Shown: piece after piece, positions 17,243 to 25,997 of the stretch
Layout: every line of letters begins with the position of its first letter
Position numbering within the stretch: position 1 is the stretch's first letter
NCBI GenBank assembly: GCA_018825365.1
Contig: JAHJEV010000003.1
Span: 238,619-302,618 of the forward strand
DNA length: 64,000 nucleotides
DNA from: Patescibacteria group bacterium
GTDB lineage: Bacteria; Patescibacteriota; WWE3; UBA101185; UBA10185
Reading direction: 5' to 3'
Position numbers and translations under genes: made by a program
Notes under the pieces: model-generated
Seen by the model: only the letters and a program-made list of their open reading frames with translations
Told to the model about the DNA's origin: nothing
Databases searched by the model: none

Positions 17243-20088
17243 TTCTCAACTATTGGTACGTAGCCGCCAGCTGCCTTGGGAGTTAAGTACCATAAGACCC
17301 AATCACCATCTGAAGCAACTATATGTGATAACTGTGTATACCCATACACATTTTGAGAATACCTGCCCTCTTTGGTAATAAGTATTAAAGGCTCGTTGCT
17401 AGGGACAGTTGGAACTCTATCCTCAAGATCGGGTCTAAAATCCAATGTTTCAAACTGGCTTTTTGAGTAATAAAGAGCTGTTGGAAAATCTATTCTGTCA
17501 AGATAAACCTTATATTTAGTACCAAAAACCTTATCCTTTTTTACAAGCAATCTGGCCTGAGAACCATTTAGGTCTGATGTGTAAACCATTCCCCTATTTA
17601 GGAAAAGATAAAATAGCGAAAAGGTAAGTAAAAGATACAAGGACAGAAATTTGAAAAGATAAGTATTTGTAAATTTAACTCTTCGCATCACCAAATCCAA
17701 AGTTCTCTCCATAAAACTTCCAACTATCAAGCTTAAAACTGGATAAAGAGGAATTACATACCAAATAAGCTTTGACTTTGCAACCGAGAAAAACAAAAAC
17801 ATGCTTAAAGCCCAAATTGTTAAAAATACAAACCTTTTATCCTTCTTGAAAGATTTAAACAATGAAAACGGAAAAGCTCCCAAAAGCGCAATAAACCAAA
17901 TTCTCATACTGACTTTTAAGACAATCACGTACCAGAAAAAAGGTCTTCCTTTATCTTCGATTGCGCTAAAAGCTCTTCCTAAAACATGATAACCAATATA
18001 GTTTTTCAAAAAGCTCTCGCCAAATTGTACATACATATAAATATGCCAGGGAAGTGCTACTAAAAGACAAGATAAAAACCCAAGCAAATAGTTTAATACT
18101 AATCTTACAGAAAATTTCTGTTTATCAAAAATGAAAAGATATAACTCATAAAGAAAAATTACCAAAAGCGGTAAAAACCCCACCACTCCTTTTACCATCA
18201 CACTCAAACCTGCCAAAAGTCCCGATAAGATCCACAGATATCTTTTATCCCTTTCCTTTGCAAGCCAATAAATAAACAAGGATATTGTCGTGAAAAATGT
18301 CAAAGTAACATCAAGCATGGCCATTCTTGAGTAGTACAGGAAATGAACCGTTGTGATTAGAGCCAGTGCTGATATGAAAGCTGTAGTTTTGTTGAAAAAC
18401 TTTTTGGCAATCATAAAAACTAAAACCACAGTCGCCAAACCAAAAATTGCACTTGGAAGTTTAGCAGACAGAGATGTAAAACCTAAAAGATTCATAAAAC
18501 CTGCCTGCATCCACATAAAAAGAGGCGGCTTTTCATACCAAGGTTTCAAAAGAGTATCCCAATGCAAAGTAACATACTGATTACTAGTTACCATGTTTTT
18601 GGCAATCTTTGAGTATATTGCCTCATCCCAAGGAATTAAGTGATTTACCCCCACATTTATAAAAATTAGATACACCGATATCAATCCGAGAATTCCCAGT
18701 AAAAATCCCACTTTGGAGAAAAAGAAATTTATAATCTTTTTTAAATACCCCTGCCCGATCATTCCAATAGACCAGATTAGAAATATAAAATTAATAATCC
18801 AGAAAAACTCGGAATTATAAGAATAAAAAATTCCCGCTATATACCAACCCAAAACTGCCGACGCCATTCCCAAACCTACCAAAGATTTTGATTTATCTTT
18901 TTCGGTGAAAAATACATAAAGGGGAGCAAAAAGTGCTAAAGAACAAAAAAGGATATACACAGATGTCCCTACGATTCCGGTCTCCGATAAACTCTCGCCC
19001 CAAATCGTGTGGGCAGGAACCCGTGTGTTCAAGGCAGCCGGATCGCGACTAAAAAAAGTCGGTGCTATTTTTGTCTTGCTAAACTGTTCAAAAAAGGATC
19101 CGTAGCCACCGCCCAGTATTGGGTATTTCTCAAAAATCTGAACTGCCCCGGTTAAAAGCATAAGATGTGAATCGTATGAGTCTATTCTGTAATGAAAATA
19201 GTCCTTAACTTTTGCTCTAAAAACACTTTTTCTGTTTTGGTACATTAAAACCGGCGGCGTGGCTATGATTATTCCTGCAAGCAAAACGTACAGTAAACCT
19301 TTTGCTCCGAATTTCTTTAATACCAAAACCGTAACAAATGTGATAAAAGCAAAACCTCCAAGCATCCATGCGGTTCTTGAATTTGTGATAAGTAAGGATC
19401 CGAAAAGCATTATAAAAATAGCTAAGTCAATAATTTTTCTCTTCCAGGATTTATCGGTCAGTATAAAAACACCAAATACCGGTAAAACAGCTGCGATTAA
19501 TGACCCGTAATGGTTCACATCCCAAAAAGTTGAGCCTACTCTTGGAAATTTTCCGGGAACATTCCACAATGCCCCGATTATTTTTCCCGTCTTTTCGTAT
19601 AAAACAAGCTGGATAATTCCAAAAAGGGCTAAAGCAAAAACTATGTATATGTAAAACCTAAGGTACTTTAAAAGTTCCTGGGGGTTGTTCCTAAATACAA
19701 TATAAACATATATACCCAAGGCCACGACAGTTGCAAAAAATCCAAATAGGAAAAGACTCGCTTGTAAATTGGCTGAGAATATTATCGAAACTCCCCTGGT
19801 CAACCAAACAAGTAACAGAATCAAAATAAAAGGATCTTTCAGGTATCTAAGGACAGTTCTTAGGCTTTGTGTCTTTGCAACGTGAAAGTATATTTTTGTT
19901 ATGCCTGCGCACAAAAGCCCCAGCATAAAAACTCTTACAGGCATCAAATCCCATTTATAAAAGCTGAAAAGCTCTTTATGAAGCAAAACCGAAAGAACAA
20001 TCAAAACATATAAGGATAGCTTAAAGTTCCTTAGAATTAATATGTACGAAGCTATAAATATTACCAGTATAATCGCTATATCAATCAT
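17239..20088 (-). CDS. Fusion protein: N-terminal O-antigen ligase/Wzy_C-like polytopic domain and C-terminal ArnT/PMT-like GT-C glycosyltransferase domain
   Basis: Residues ~1-460 are polytopic with ...LITNSRTAWMLGG..., a Wzy_C-like motif. Residues ~470-790 contain ...WDEAIYSKIAKNM...KPWYEKPPLFMW..., the hallmark of the ArnT/PMT (GT83/GT39) family. A ~150-aa soluble C-terminal tail follows. Confidence 0.6.
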   Translation of the reverse strand: MIDIAIILVIFIASYILILRNFKLSLYVLIVLSVLLHKELFSFYKWDLMPVRVFMLGLLCAGITKIYFHVAKTQSLRTVLRYLKDPFILILLLVWLTRGVSIIFSANLQASLFLFGFFATVVALGIYVYIVFRNNPQELLKYLRFYIYIVFALALFGIIQLVLYEKTGKIIGALWNVPGKFPRVGSTFWDVNHYGSLIAAVLPVFGVFILTDKSWKRKIIDLAIFIMLFGSLLITNSRTAWMLGGFAFITFVTVLVLKKFGAKGLLYVLLAGIIIATPPVLMYQNRKSVFRAKVKDYFHYRIDSYDSHLMLLTGAVQIFEKYPILGGGYGSFFEQFSKTKIAPTFFSRDPAALNTRVPAHTIWGESLSETGIVGTSVYILFCSLALFAPLYVFFTEKDKSKSLVGLGMASAVLGWYIAGIFYSYNSEFFWIINFIFLIWSIGMIGQGYLKKIINFFFSKVGFLLGILGLISVYLIFINVGVNHLIPWDEAIYSKIAKNMVTSNQYVTLHWDTLLKPWYEKPPLFMWMQAGFMNLLGFTSLSAKLPSAIFGLATVVLVFMIAKKFFNKTTAFISALALITTVHFLYYSRMAMLDVTLTFFTTISLFIYWLAKERDKRYLWILSGLLAGLSVMVKGVVGFLPLLVIFLYELYLFIFDKQKFSVRLVLNYLLGFLSCLLVALPWHIYMYVQFGESFLKNYIGYHVLGRAFSAIEDKGRPFFWYVIVLKVSMRIWFIALLGAFPFSLFKSFKKDKRFVFLTIWALSMFLFFSVAKSKLIWYVIPLYPVLSLIVGSFMERTLDLVMRRVKFTNTYLFKFLSLYLLLTFSLFYLFLNRGMVYTSDLNGSQARLLVKKDKVFGTKYKVYLDRIDFPTALYYSKSQFETLDFRPDLEDRVPTVPSNEPLILITKEGRYSQNVYGYTQLSHIVASDGDWVLWYLTPKAAGGYVPIVEN

Positions 20089-21221
20089 TTTTTCTTTATC
20101 TCAAGAACCTTTTTGTAAACCTCCAAGGTTCTTTTAGCAGCATTTTCCCAAGTATATTCCTGTCTGATTTTCTCATCAATTAATGGTCTTGGAGCAAAAT
20201 ACTCTTTTTTGATAGCATTTTTAATAGACTTAATATCATCGGGCAAACAAAAGGATGCGTAACCTCCAAGATACTCTTTTGCTCTCAAACCTGATGCCAC
20301 CGCGTTAGTACCGCAATACAAAGCCTCCAAACTTGTAAGACCGGTTGTCTCAAACCAGCTGGCTGAGACACAGACCTTCGCATAATGATAGTAGGAAGGA
20401 AGATCCTTATAAGGAACGCTGTTTACATGGTGTACCCAATCGTATTTTTTGAAACACTTTTTTATAAGTTGATTGTATTCAAAATGTTTTATTACACTCA
20501 TCTGCCCTACAAGAACCAAATGCAAATCCAAAGATGTTTCTTCTCTTAGTTTTTTTACTGCCTCTATAATGCTGATTTGATTTTTCCTGGGCTCCACTCT
20601 CCCAACACATATTATGTAGTTATCAAACTTAAATACCTTTTCAAATTCTGTTGCCTCAATGTATACCCTTCCCACACCGTTTAAAACCTTTTCCCACCTG
20701 ATTTCAACATCAAATGTTCTTTTCAAATCCTCCGCTTCTCTTACAGTTTGAACTAAAACCGTATCTGCCATCTTAAGAACTTCTCTTTGCATATTCTTAA
20801 ATCCCTTAAAAACGCTGGTGAGTGTGGGTTTGAGCATTCTCCAATCAAACAAAGATTTGTAAACATTCTTGAAAGTGTCTCTTTTGAACTGGTCACTAAA
20901 TAAAATCTTGGAAATTCTTCTTATATCAAACACAAATTTATCGTCATATTTTTTCACCTCCTTGACATCGTGATGAATTGGTGAAAGTACCAACGGCTTT
21001 TTAAACTGCTTTGCCTTTTTGGCATAAAAGTATGTCTCAGGAGTCCAATCCAATTGAAAAACATGGATAAGATCATAAGACGCAGGATCATAATCTAAAT
21101 CAGTCTTTATATCCACCTCAACTCCAAGACGTCTCAACTCCTCGGCAGTGTGCTCAACCTGAATTCTATCCCCACCTCTTGTTTCCAAAAGACCTATTCT
21201 TCCCAACATTAAAACTTTCAT
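20085..21221 (-). CDS. Glycosyltransferase family 4/1
   Basis: It has GT-B architecture. The likely start is MKVLMLGR at 21221, 1 nt after the upstream stop. The ORF track extends the ORF to 21269. Confidence 0.65.
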   Translation of the reverse strand: MKVLMLGRIGLLETRGGDRIQVEHTAEELRRLGVEVDIKTDLDYDPASYDLIHVFQLDWTPETYFYAKKAKQFKKPLVLSPIHHDVKEVKKYDDKFVFDIRRISKILFSDQFKRDTFKNVYKSLFDWRMLKPTLTSVFKGFKNMQREVLKMADTVLVQTVREAEDLKRTFDVEIRWEKVLNGVGRVYIEATEFEKVFKFDNYIICVGRVEPRKNQISIIEAVKKLREETSLDLHLVLVGQMSVIKHFEYNQLIKKCFKKYDWVHHVNSVPYKDLPSYYHYAKVCVSASWFETTGLTSLEALYCGTNAVASGLRAKEYLGGYASFCLPDDIKSIKNAIKKEYFAPRPLIDEKIRQEYTWENAAKRTLEVYKKVLEIKKK

Positions 21222-21222
21222 A

Positions 21223-22368
21223 TTATTTATTAAGAAACTTCTGGTACAAACCCAAATAGTTACTAACAAACTTTTGCATCGAATATTCTTTTTCGACTCT
21301 AAGTTTGGACTTGTCCGAAATGATCTTTCCTTCCCCGCCGATTTTTTCGTACAAACCAGTCATTTTTTGAGCTAAACTGTGGGAATTACCTTTTTCAAAA
21401 TAATCAACAACATCATTCCCCACTTCTTTAAGTACCTCAAGGTTTGAACAGATTGTCGGAAGACCCATATATAAAGCCTCAATAAGAACAACCCCAAAAC
21501 CTTCGGCTACTGAGGGAAACAAAAACGCATCAAATGTTGAATAAAACTTAACCTTTTCACACTCATCAAAAAACCCTACGATGACAACCTTATCATTAAT
21601 TTTTAATTCTTTTGCTTTATTTTTTAACTCCTCCTCAAGTTTCCCTCCTCCAGCAATCATTAGGTAAAAGTCTCTCTTGTGAAAAAAATCCGATTTAAGA
21701 AACTTCTCAAATGCCTTCAGTAAAGTTATATGTCCTTTTTCTTCAGTTAGCCTTCCGACTGTTCCAAAAACAAAAGCGGTTTTGGGTATTTCATATCTTT
21801 TTTTAATTTCTTCTTCAAATTCCGACCTTTGATTTGGTGTAATATCATATTTTGTTGTATCCAAAGCATTAGGAATAACAACAAGTTTATCTTCTTTTAT
21901 TCCTTCACCGATTTTTATCTTTTTAACTGACAAGGTAAGAGCAATCTCCGCGTCAGAATATTTATTCACAAAACGCCTATAGATAAATAAATCTAGTTTC
22001 TTTCTAAACTTTCCTATTTGCCACTGAGAAATGGGGGTGTGGCTATGAGAAATTTTTACTTTCACACCAGCCTTGTTTCCTGCAACCAAAGCATTACAGA
22101 TAGCCTTAAGTTCGTGAGCATGGATAACCTCTATGCCTTTTTGCTTAATAAAAGTTACAAGTTCTTTAATGTATGGGTGGTCAATATCCTTTTTAATCTG
22201 CTTTACGAAAACCTGCGCACCCAATCTTTTAAATACTTCTGTCATTTCCCCATCCGGGCACCAGACATAAACCTCGTTTCCTGCTTTAATCATACCTTTA
22301 ACAAGATCGTTAACATGCCACTCCATTCCTCCATATTTTCCTGAGTTTAAAACATAAAGTATTTTCAT
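21223..22368 (-). CDS. Glycosyltransferase family 4
   Basis: It has the N-terminus MKILYVLNSGKYGGME... and the AEGFGVVLIEALYMGLPTICSN motif. Confidence 0.8.
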   Translation of the reverse strand: MKILYVLNSGKYGGMEWHVNDLVKGMIKAGNEVYVWCPDGEMTEVFKRLGAQVFVKQIKKDIDHPYIKELVTFIKQKGIEVIHAHELKAICNALVAGNKAGVKVKISHSHTPISQWQIGKFRKKLDLFIYRRFVNKYSDAEIALTLSVKKIKIGEGIKEDKLVVIPNALDTTKYDITPNQRSEFEEEIKKRYEIPKTAFVFGTVGRLTEEKGHITLLKAFEKFLKSDFFHKRDFYLMIAGGGKLEEELKNKAKELKINDKVVIVGFFDECEKVKFYSTFDAFLFPSVAEGFGVVLIEALYMGLPTICSNLEVLKEVGNDVVDYFEKGNSHSLAQKMTGLYEKIGGEGKIISDKSKLRVEKEYSMQKFVSNYLGLYQKFLNK

Positions 22369-23573
22369 ATTTTATTCATATTTTCAGATATCAGACTTAA
22401 CATTGTATAAACTTTACCTTCCCAGGTGTTTTTACTTGCCTGTTCTTCTCGAAGTTTTATCTTTTCTTGCGAATTTTCCTCAAGCGCCCTTCTTATATTC
22501 TGTGAAAACTCATTTGGGTTTTTAGCTATGTAACAAACTGAAGAAAAAGGTGTATATGAAGGTAAATCGGTTACAACAACAGGAAGGCCCGCGGCTAAAT
22601 AATCTAAAAATTTAACTGGGAAGCACCCACCAACAGTGTAATCATTTAGCTGATATGGAATTATCATGACATCAAAGTTAGCCAAATACATAGGCATATC
22701 TTCATATTTTTTGGTTCCCAAAAAGAATACGTTTTTAAGATCCCCAAACCCAAGCTGCTTTGAAGAAATATTTTTATCCTTCAAAGCCACCGGTCCGATA
22801 ACAACAAAAGAATACCCCGGATAGTCTGATGCTACTTTTTTGAATAGCTGCTTATCAAATTTGTACTCATCCAGCGCTCCAGTAAAAGCAATGATCGGAC
22901 GGGGGATGTTTATTAGGTTTTCTGGAACCTCTTTTATTCTGCTTTTTATTTTGATAAACCTGTCGTAATCACCAACGTTTGGTGTAAAATAGCAATTCGG
23001 ATTGTACTTTCTAAGTTTTTCAACAAGACCCGGAGTTGTTGCAAAAACAATATTTGCGCGGGATGCTAAGAGTTTCTCCTGGTCAGAAATTTTTTTCCTT
23101 TTCTCCAGAGTGTCATATTTTGGGAAAGCTTCATAATTATCCACACAATCGTAAACCAAAAAATCATGCTTTATATATTTCAGATAATTCTCCAAACCCT
23201 CAAGTTCAACATGATAAACCCAAAGAATAGTTTTTCTTTGACTATCAAATAGTTGCTGCGCGGCGGTATCTATCTTTTTTGCATGTCTGACAGAAAGATA
23301 CTTTGTAAAATGATGGAAGTTTAAAGGTGAAAAAATCTCCAAGAATTCCGCTTCTTTTTTTCTCCATGTGAAAAATCTACTTATTGACCACTTTCCCTGA
23401 AACAGATACTTCAAAAATATTCTTCCAAAATTTATCGGGGGGTCCACAAACAAAACATTATGACCAAGCTTTGGCAACCTTCCCATAACATGTCTTTTGT
23501 TTGTCCATAAGGGAAAGTCCCATAGCTGGTTTGAAAGGCAGATAACATTGTATTTATCTTTTTCTTGCGCCAT
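22365..23573 (-). CDS. Glycosyltransferase (GT4-like)
   Basis: It has a GT-B-like layout. The likely ATG start is at 23573 (MAQEKDKYNVICLS...). The ORF track extends the ORF to a GTG at 23639. Confidence 0.55.
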   Translation of the reverse strand: MAQEKDKYNVICLSNQLWDFPLWTNKRHVMGRLPKLGHNVLFVDPPINFGRIFLKYLFQGKWSISRFFTWRKKEAEFLEIFSPLNFHHFTKYLSVRHAKKIDTAAQQLFDSQRKTILWVYHVELEGLENYLKYIKHDFLVYDCVDNYEAFPKYDTLEKRKKISDQEKLLASRANIVFATTPGLVEKLRKYNPNCYFTPNVGDYDRFIKIKSRIKEVPENLINIPRPIIAFTGALDEYKFDKQLFKKVASDYPGYSFVVIGPVALKDKNISSKQLGFGDLKNVFFLGTKKYEDMPMYLANFDVMIIPYQLNDYTVGGCFPVKFLDYLAAGLPVVVTDLPSYTPFSSVCYIAKNPNEFSQNIRRALEENSQEKIKLREEQASKNTWEGKVYTMLSLISENMNKI

Positions 23574-23828
23574 ATATCTTAAGTAATTATAGAGTAAACA
23601 GAGAGAAATTACTTCAGAAAATATATGCACATATAGCACCTAAAACATACCACACCATTCGATGATAGGTGAAAACCAAGATTTCTTTCCACTTCTTGCT
23701 TATAGAAAGTAACTAAAATTATGGCTTTTATAGTACAAAATAAGCAAAATTTAGATAATTTTATACTCATACGTAGCTTTACACCCTTAGGTACAGTGTA
23801 TAAACACGTTCCATCATAGTTAACATTT

Positions 23829-24536
23829 TTGTTAACTGTGATAGAATGTACATACATGGATAAAGAACTAGCTCAGCAACTAAGCAAAAAACTAAAAATA
23901 TCAACTCCTCAGATAGTTAGAGAGGAGTATGAACTTATTATCCTAAAAGAACTGTTTTCTAGTTCCATAGGTGAAAAATTAGTATTCAAAGGCGGAACTG
24001 CCTTAAGACTAGGTTACGATTCCCCTAGATTTTCGGATGATTTGGACTTTTCCACTATAGGAAAGATAAAGGAAGATGTTTTTAAAAAAGCGTGTCAAGA
24101 CATAGCAAATTCCAATCAAAATCTATCCTTAGTTGAGGCTTTAGAAAAAGCATATACTCTTTTTGCGCTCTTCAAGATTAGTGACCCTTCTCTATCACAA
24201 AATTTTAGTATAAAAATCGACATCTCTATAAGAAAGATTGACCTTGTAGAAGGTAAAGATTATGTACCTCTATTATTAAAAAGCTCCGTATCTCCAATAA
24301 ATTTAATTGCTAACACTACAACTCTTGAGAAAGTTCTTTCAGATAAACTTGATATTAGTCCAAAAAGAATAAGGGACATATTTGATATTTGGTTTGTTGA
24401 ACAAAGGTTTGGAAATGTAAGTAAGAAGATGGATTTTTCTCAATTTGGTAAAAACGAGGTAAGAAGGGAGCTTAATAGATTACTTCCAATAAGCTATAAA
24501 AGTCTTATAGATGGTTTAACTAAAACAAATGAATAA
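23829..24536 (+). CDS. Nucleotidyltransferase, AbiEii/AbiGii toxin family (DUF1814/COG2253)
   Basis: The ...KLVFKGGTALRLGYDSPRFSDDLDFS... motif is typical of AbiEii-type NTases. It is on the opposite strand from the surrounding glycan genes. Confidence 0.75.
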   Translation: MLTVIECTYMDKELAQQLSKKLKISTPQIVREEYELIILKELFSSSIGEKLVFKGGTALRLGYDSPRFSDDLDFSTIGKIKEDVFKKACQDIANSNQNLSLVEALEKAYTLFALFKISDPSLSQNFSIKIDISIRKIDLVEGKDYVPLLLKSSVSPINLIANTTTLEKVLSDKLDISPKRIRDIFDIWFVEQRFGNVSKKMDFSQFGKNEVRRELNRLLPISYKSLIDGLTKTNE

Positions 24537-25110
24537 TTTAAATGCTTTACAAGAATTACAGAAGTATAAAAAGGATTTCTATACTATTAGAGATCTACAA
24601 AATATATTTAATGTACCCGTAAAGTCTCTAAGGGTACAACTTTCAAGATGGTGCAAACGGGGAGTTTTTATTAGACTCACAAAGGGTATCTACACTCCCT
24701 ACAACACTGATATAGAAGTAGATAAGGTTGCTAATCAAATATATTATCCATCCTATTTATCTTTCGAAAGTGCTTTAAGCTATTACGGTATTTTAAGCCA
24801 AATTCCTTATACTTTAACTTTTGCTACACAAAAGAAGTCGAAGAAATTAGTATTAAAAGATACACAAATAGAATATACACAGTTAGCTAACAGGTTATTC
24901 TTTGGATATATTCTAGAAAACGGTATTTATTTAGCAACACCGGAAAAAGCTTTGATGGATACAATTTACCTAGTTTCAAAAGGTAACAGAACTTTGAATA
25001 TTAGTGAGTTATACCTAAAGAATATTGATAAAGAAAAATTCAAAGAGATTTCTTTAAAGTTCCCAAAGAACACTAAGGATATGGCTACAAGAATTATTGA
25101 AAATATCTAA
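24529..25110 (+). CDS. AbiEi-like antitoxin/transcriptional regulator (COG5340-type)
   Basis: It has an N-terminal wHTH (...LSRWCKRGVFIRLTKGIYT...) and a C-terminal SYLSFESALSYYGIL...ATPEKALMDTIYL region typical of AbiEi. It overlaps the NTase by 8 nt and lies downstream of it, which is the reversed order. Confidence 0.65.
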   Translation: MNNLNALQELQKYKKDFYTIRDLQNIFNVPVKSLRVQLSRWCKRGVFIRLTKGIYTPYNTDIEVDKVANQIYYPSYLSFESALSYYGILSQIPYTLTFATQKKSKKLVLKDTQIEYTQLANRLFFGYILENGIYLATPEKALMDTIYLVSKGNRTLNISELYLKNIDKEKFKEISLKFPKNTKDMATRIIENI

Positions 25111-25560
25111 GCTCTATTCTCTGGCATCAGCCTAATCTAAATTTTAATAAAGCAACAGCCTCTTCTTTTAAAATTTTACTTATCGAGTTGAATCTCACAT
25201 CTATCCATGTTTGCTTAACATGTACACTTATGTACATATTACCGCAACCAATTTTCTTGCTGTTTAGTGTAAATAGCTAGAATTTATTCACTAGTGATCA
25301 TCCAAATAATCGTTTCATTTATCGACTCATTATGATACGATAATTCGTCTTCAACGCAGACTGGTTCAAACTTGTTCCCTATGACTTGCTCCCCCACGAC
25401 TAATCAACACGAGAAAACACATACTTTATATTGATAAATATCGTACTACAACATAAGTCGTATTTAAAAGAAATCCTGGTTTTCAGTCGTCAACGTTGTG
25501 AAAGCTCTTACTGGTAGCATAAATCCTCGTGACTATTGGTTTAAAATGAAGGGGGGTTGA

Positions 25561-25585
25561 GTTGTCGACACTTTGTCGACAACTG
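25561..25585. promoter_or_regulatory. Nested palindrome (putative operator)
   Basis: In GTTGTCGAC-ACTTT-GTCGACAAC the 9-bp arms are exact reverse complements. Each arm contains the self-complementary core TGTCGACA, present as two copies at 25563-25570 and 25574-25581. Confidence 0.4.
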
Positions 25586-25627
25586 AAATTAGTATCATCC
25601 GATGATTGTTGCACTTTGAGGTGAAGT

Positions 25628-25644
25628 GGTGACAACTTGTCACC
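25628..25644. promoter_or_regulatory. Perfect inverted repeat GGTGACAA-c-TTGTCACC
   Basis: An 8+8 bp inverted repeat shares the half-site TTGTC/GACAA with the upstream palindrome. It overlaps the possible TTG start of the small ORF. Confidence 0.4.
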
Positions 25645-25690
25645 AGTTGAAAATGCCCCAGCCGATGAAAAAAATTGTTATTATTCGAAT

Positions 25691-25897
25691 ATGAATAGTG
25701 CCAATGAACAACTAATTGAATATAGAAGAAAGTATCAAAATAAATGGGTTGCTTTAGATAAAACGACCTCCGCAGTTTTGTATAGTAATAAAAACCTTAA
25801 AAGCCTAGTTAAAAAAGCAGATGCTGCGAGTAGAGAGTATGTGTTTGAAAAGGTCTTACCTATAAATACTGCGTTCATTCTCTACTCCCACATATAA
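25691..25897 (+). CDS. Small hypothetical protein (possibly DUF5678-like)
   Basis: The sequence ...YRRKYQNKWVALDKTTSAVLYSNKNLKSLVKKA...FEKV resembles a small 'KWVAI...V..sgdsleel..kA' family. The start is ambiguous (TTG at 25637 or ATG at 25691) and there is no clear RBS. Confidence 0.3.
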   Translation: MNSANEQLIEYRRKYQNKWVALDKTTSAVLYSNKNLKSLVKKADAASREYVFEKVLPINTAFILYSHI

Positions 25898-25997
25898 ATG
25901 TGAAATATACAAAGTGGCCCTACGAAGACACAAAGATTTTAGAGCTGATGAAATAAACATAATCTGTTTCTGATCGACTTACGCCCCACCTTATAAT

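Noticed and set aside
23609-23857. 82-aa ORF spanning the intergenic region between the GT gene and the AbiEii-like gene
   Set aside because: It overlaps both neighbouring genes' starts, and its composition is like that of intergenic DNA.
25340-25380. A GGTTCAAAC segment resembling a tRNA T-loop (GGTTCGAAT) in the non-coding stretch
   Set aside because: The flanking sequence does not provide a complementary T-stem or a 7-bp acceptor stem, so it is not a tRNA or att-site remnant that I can support.
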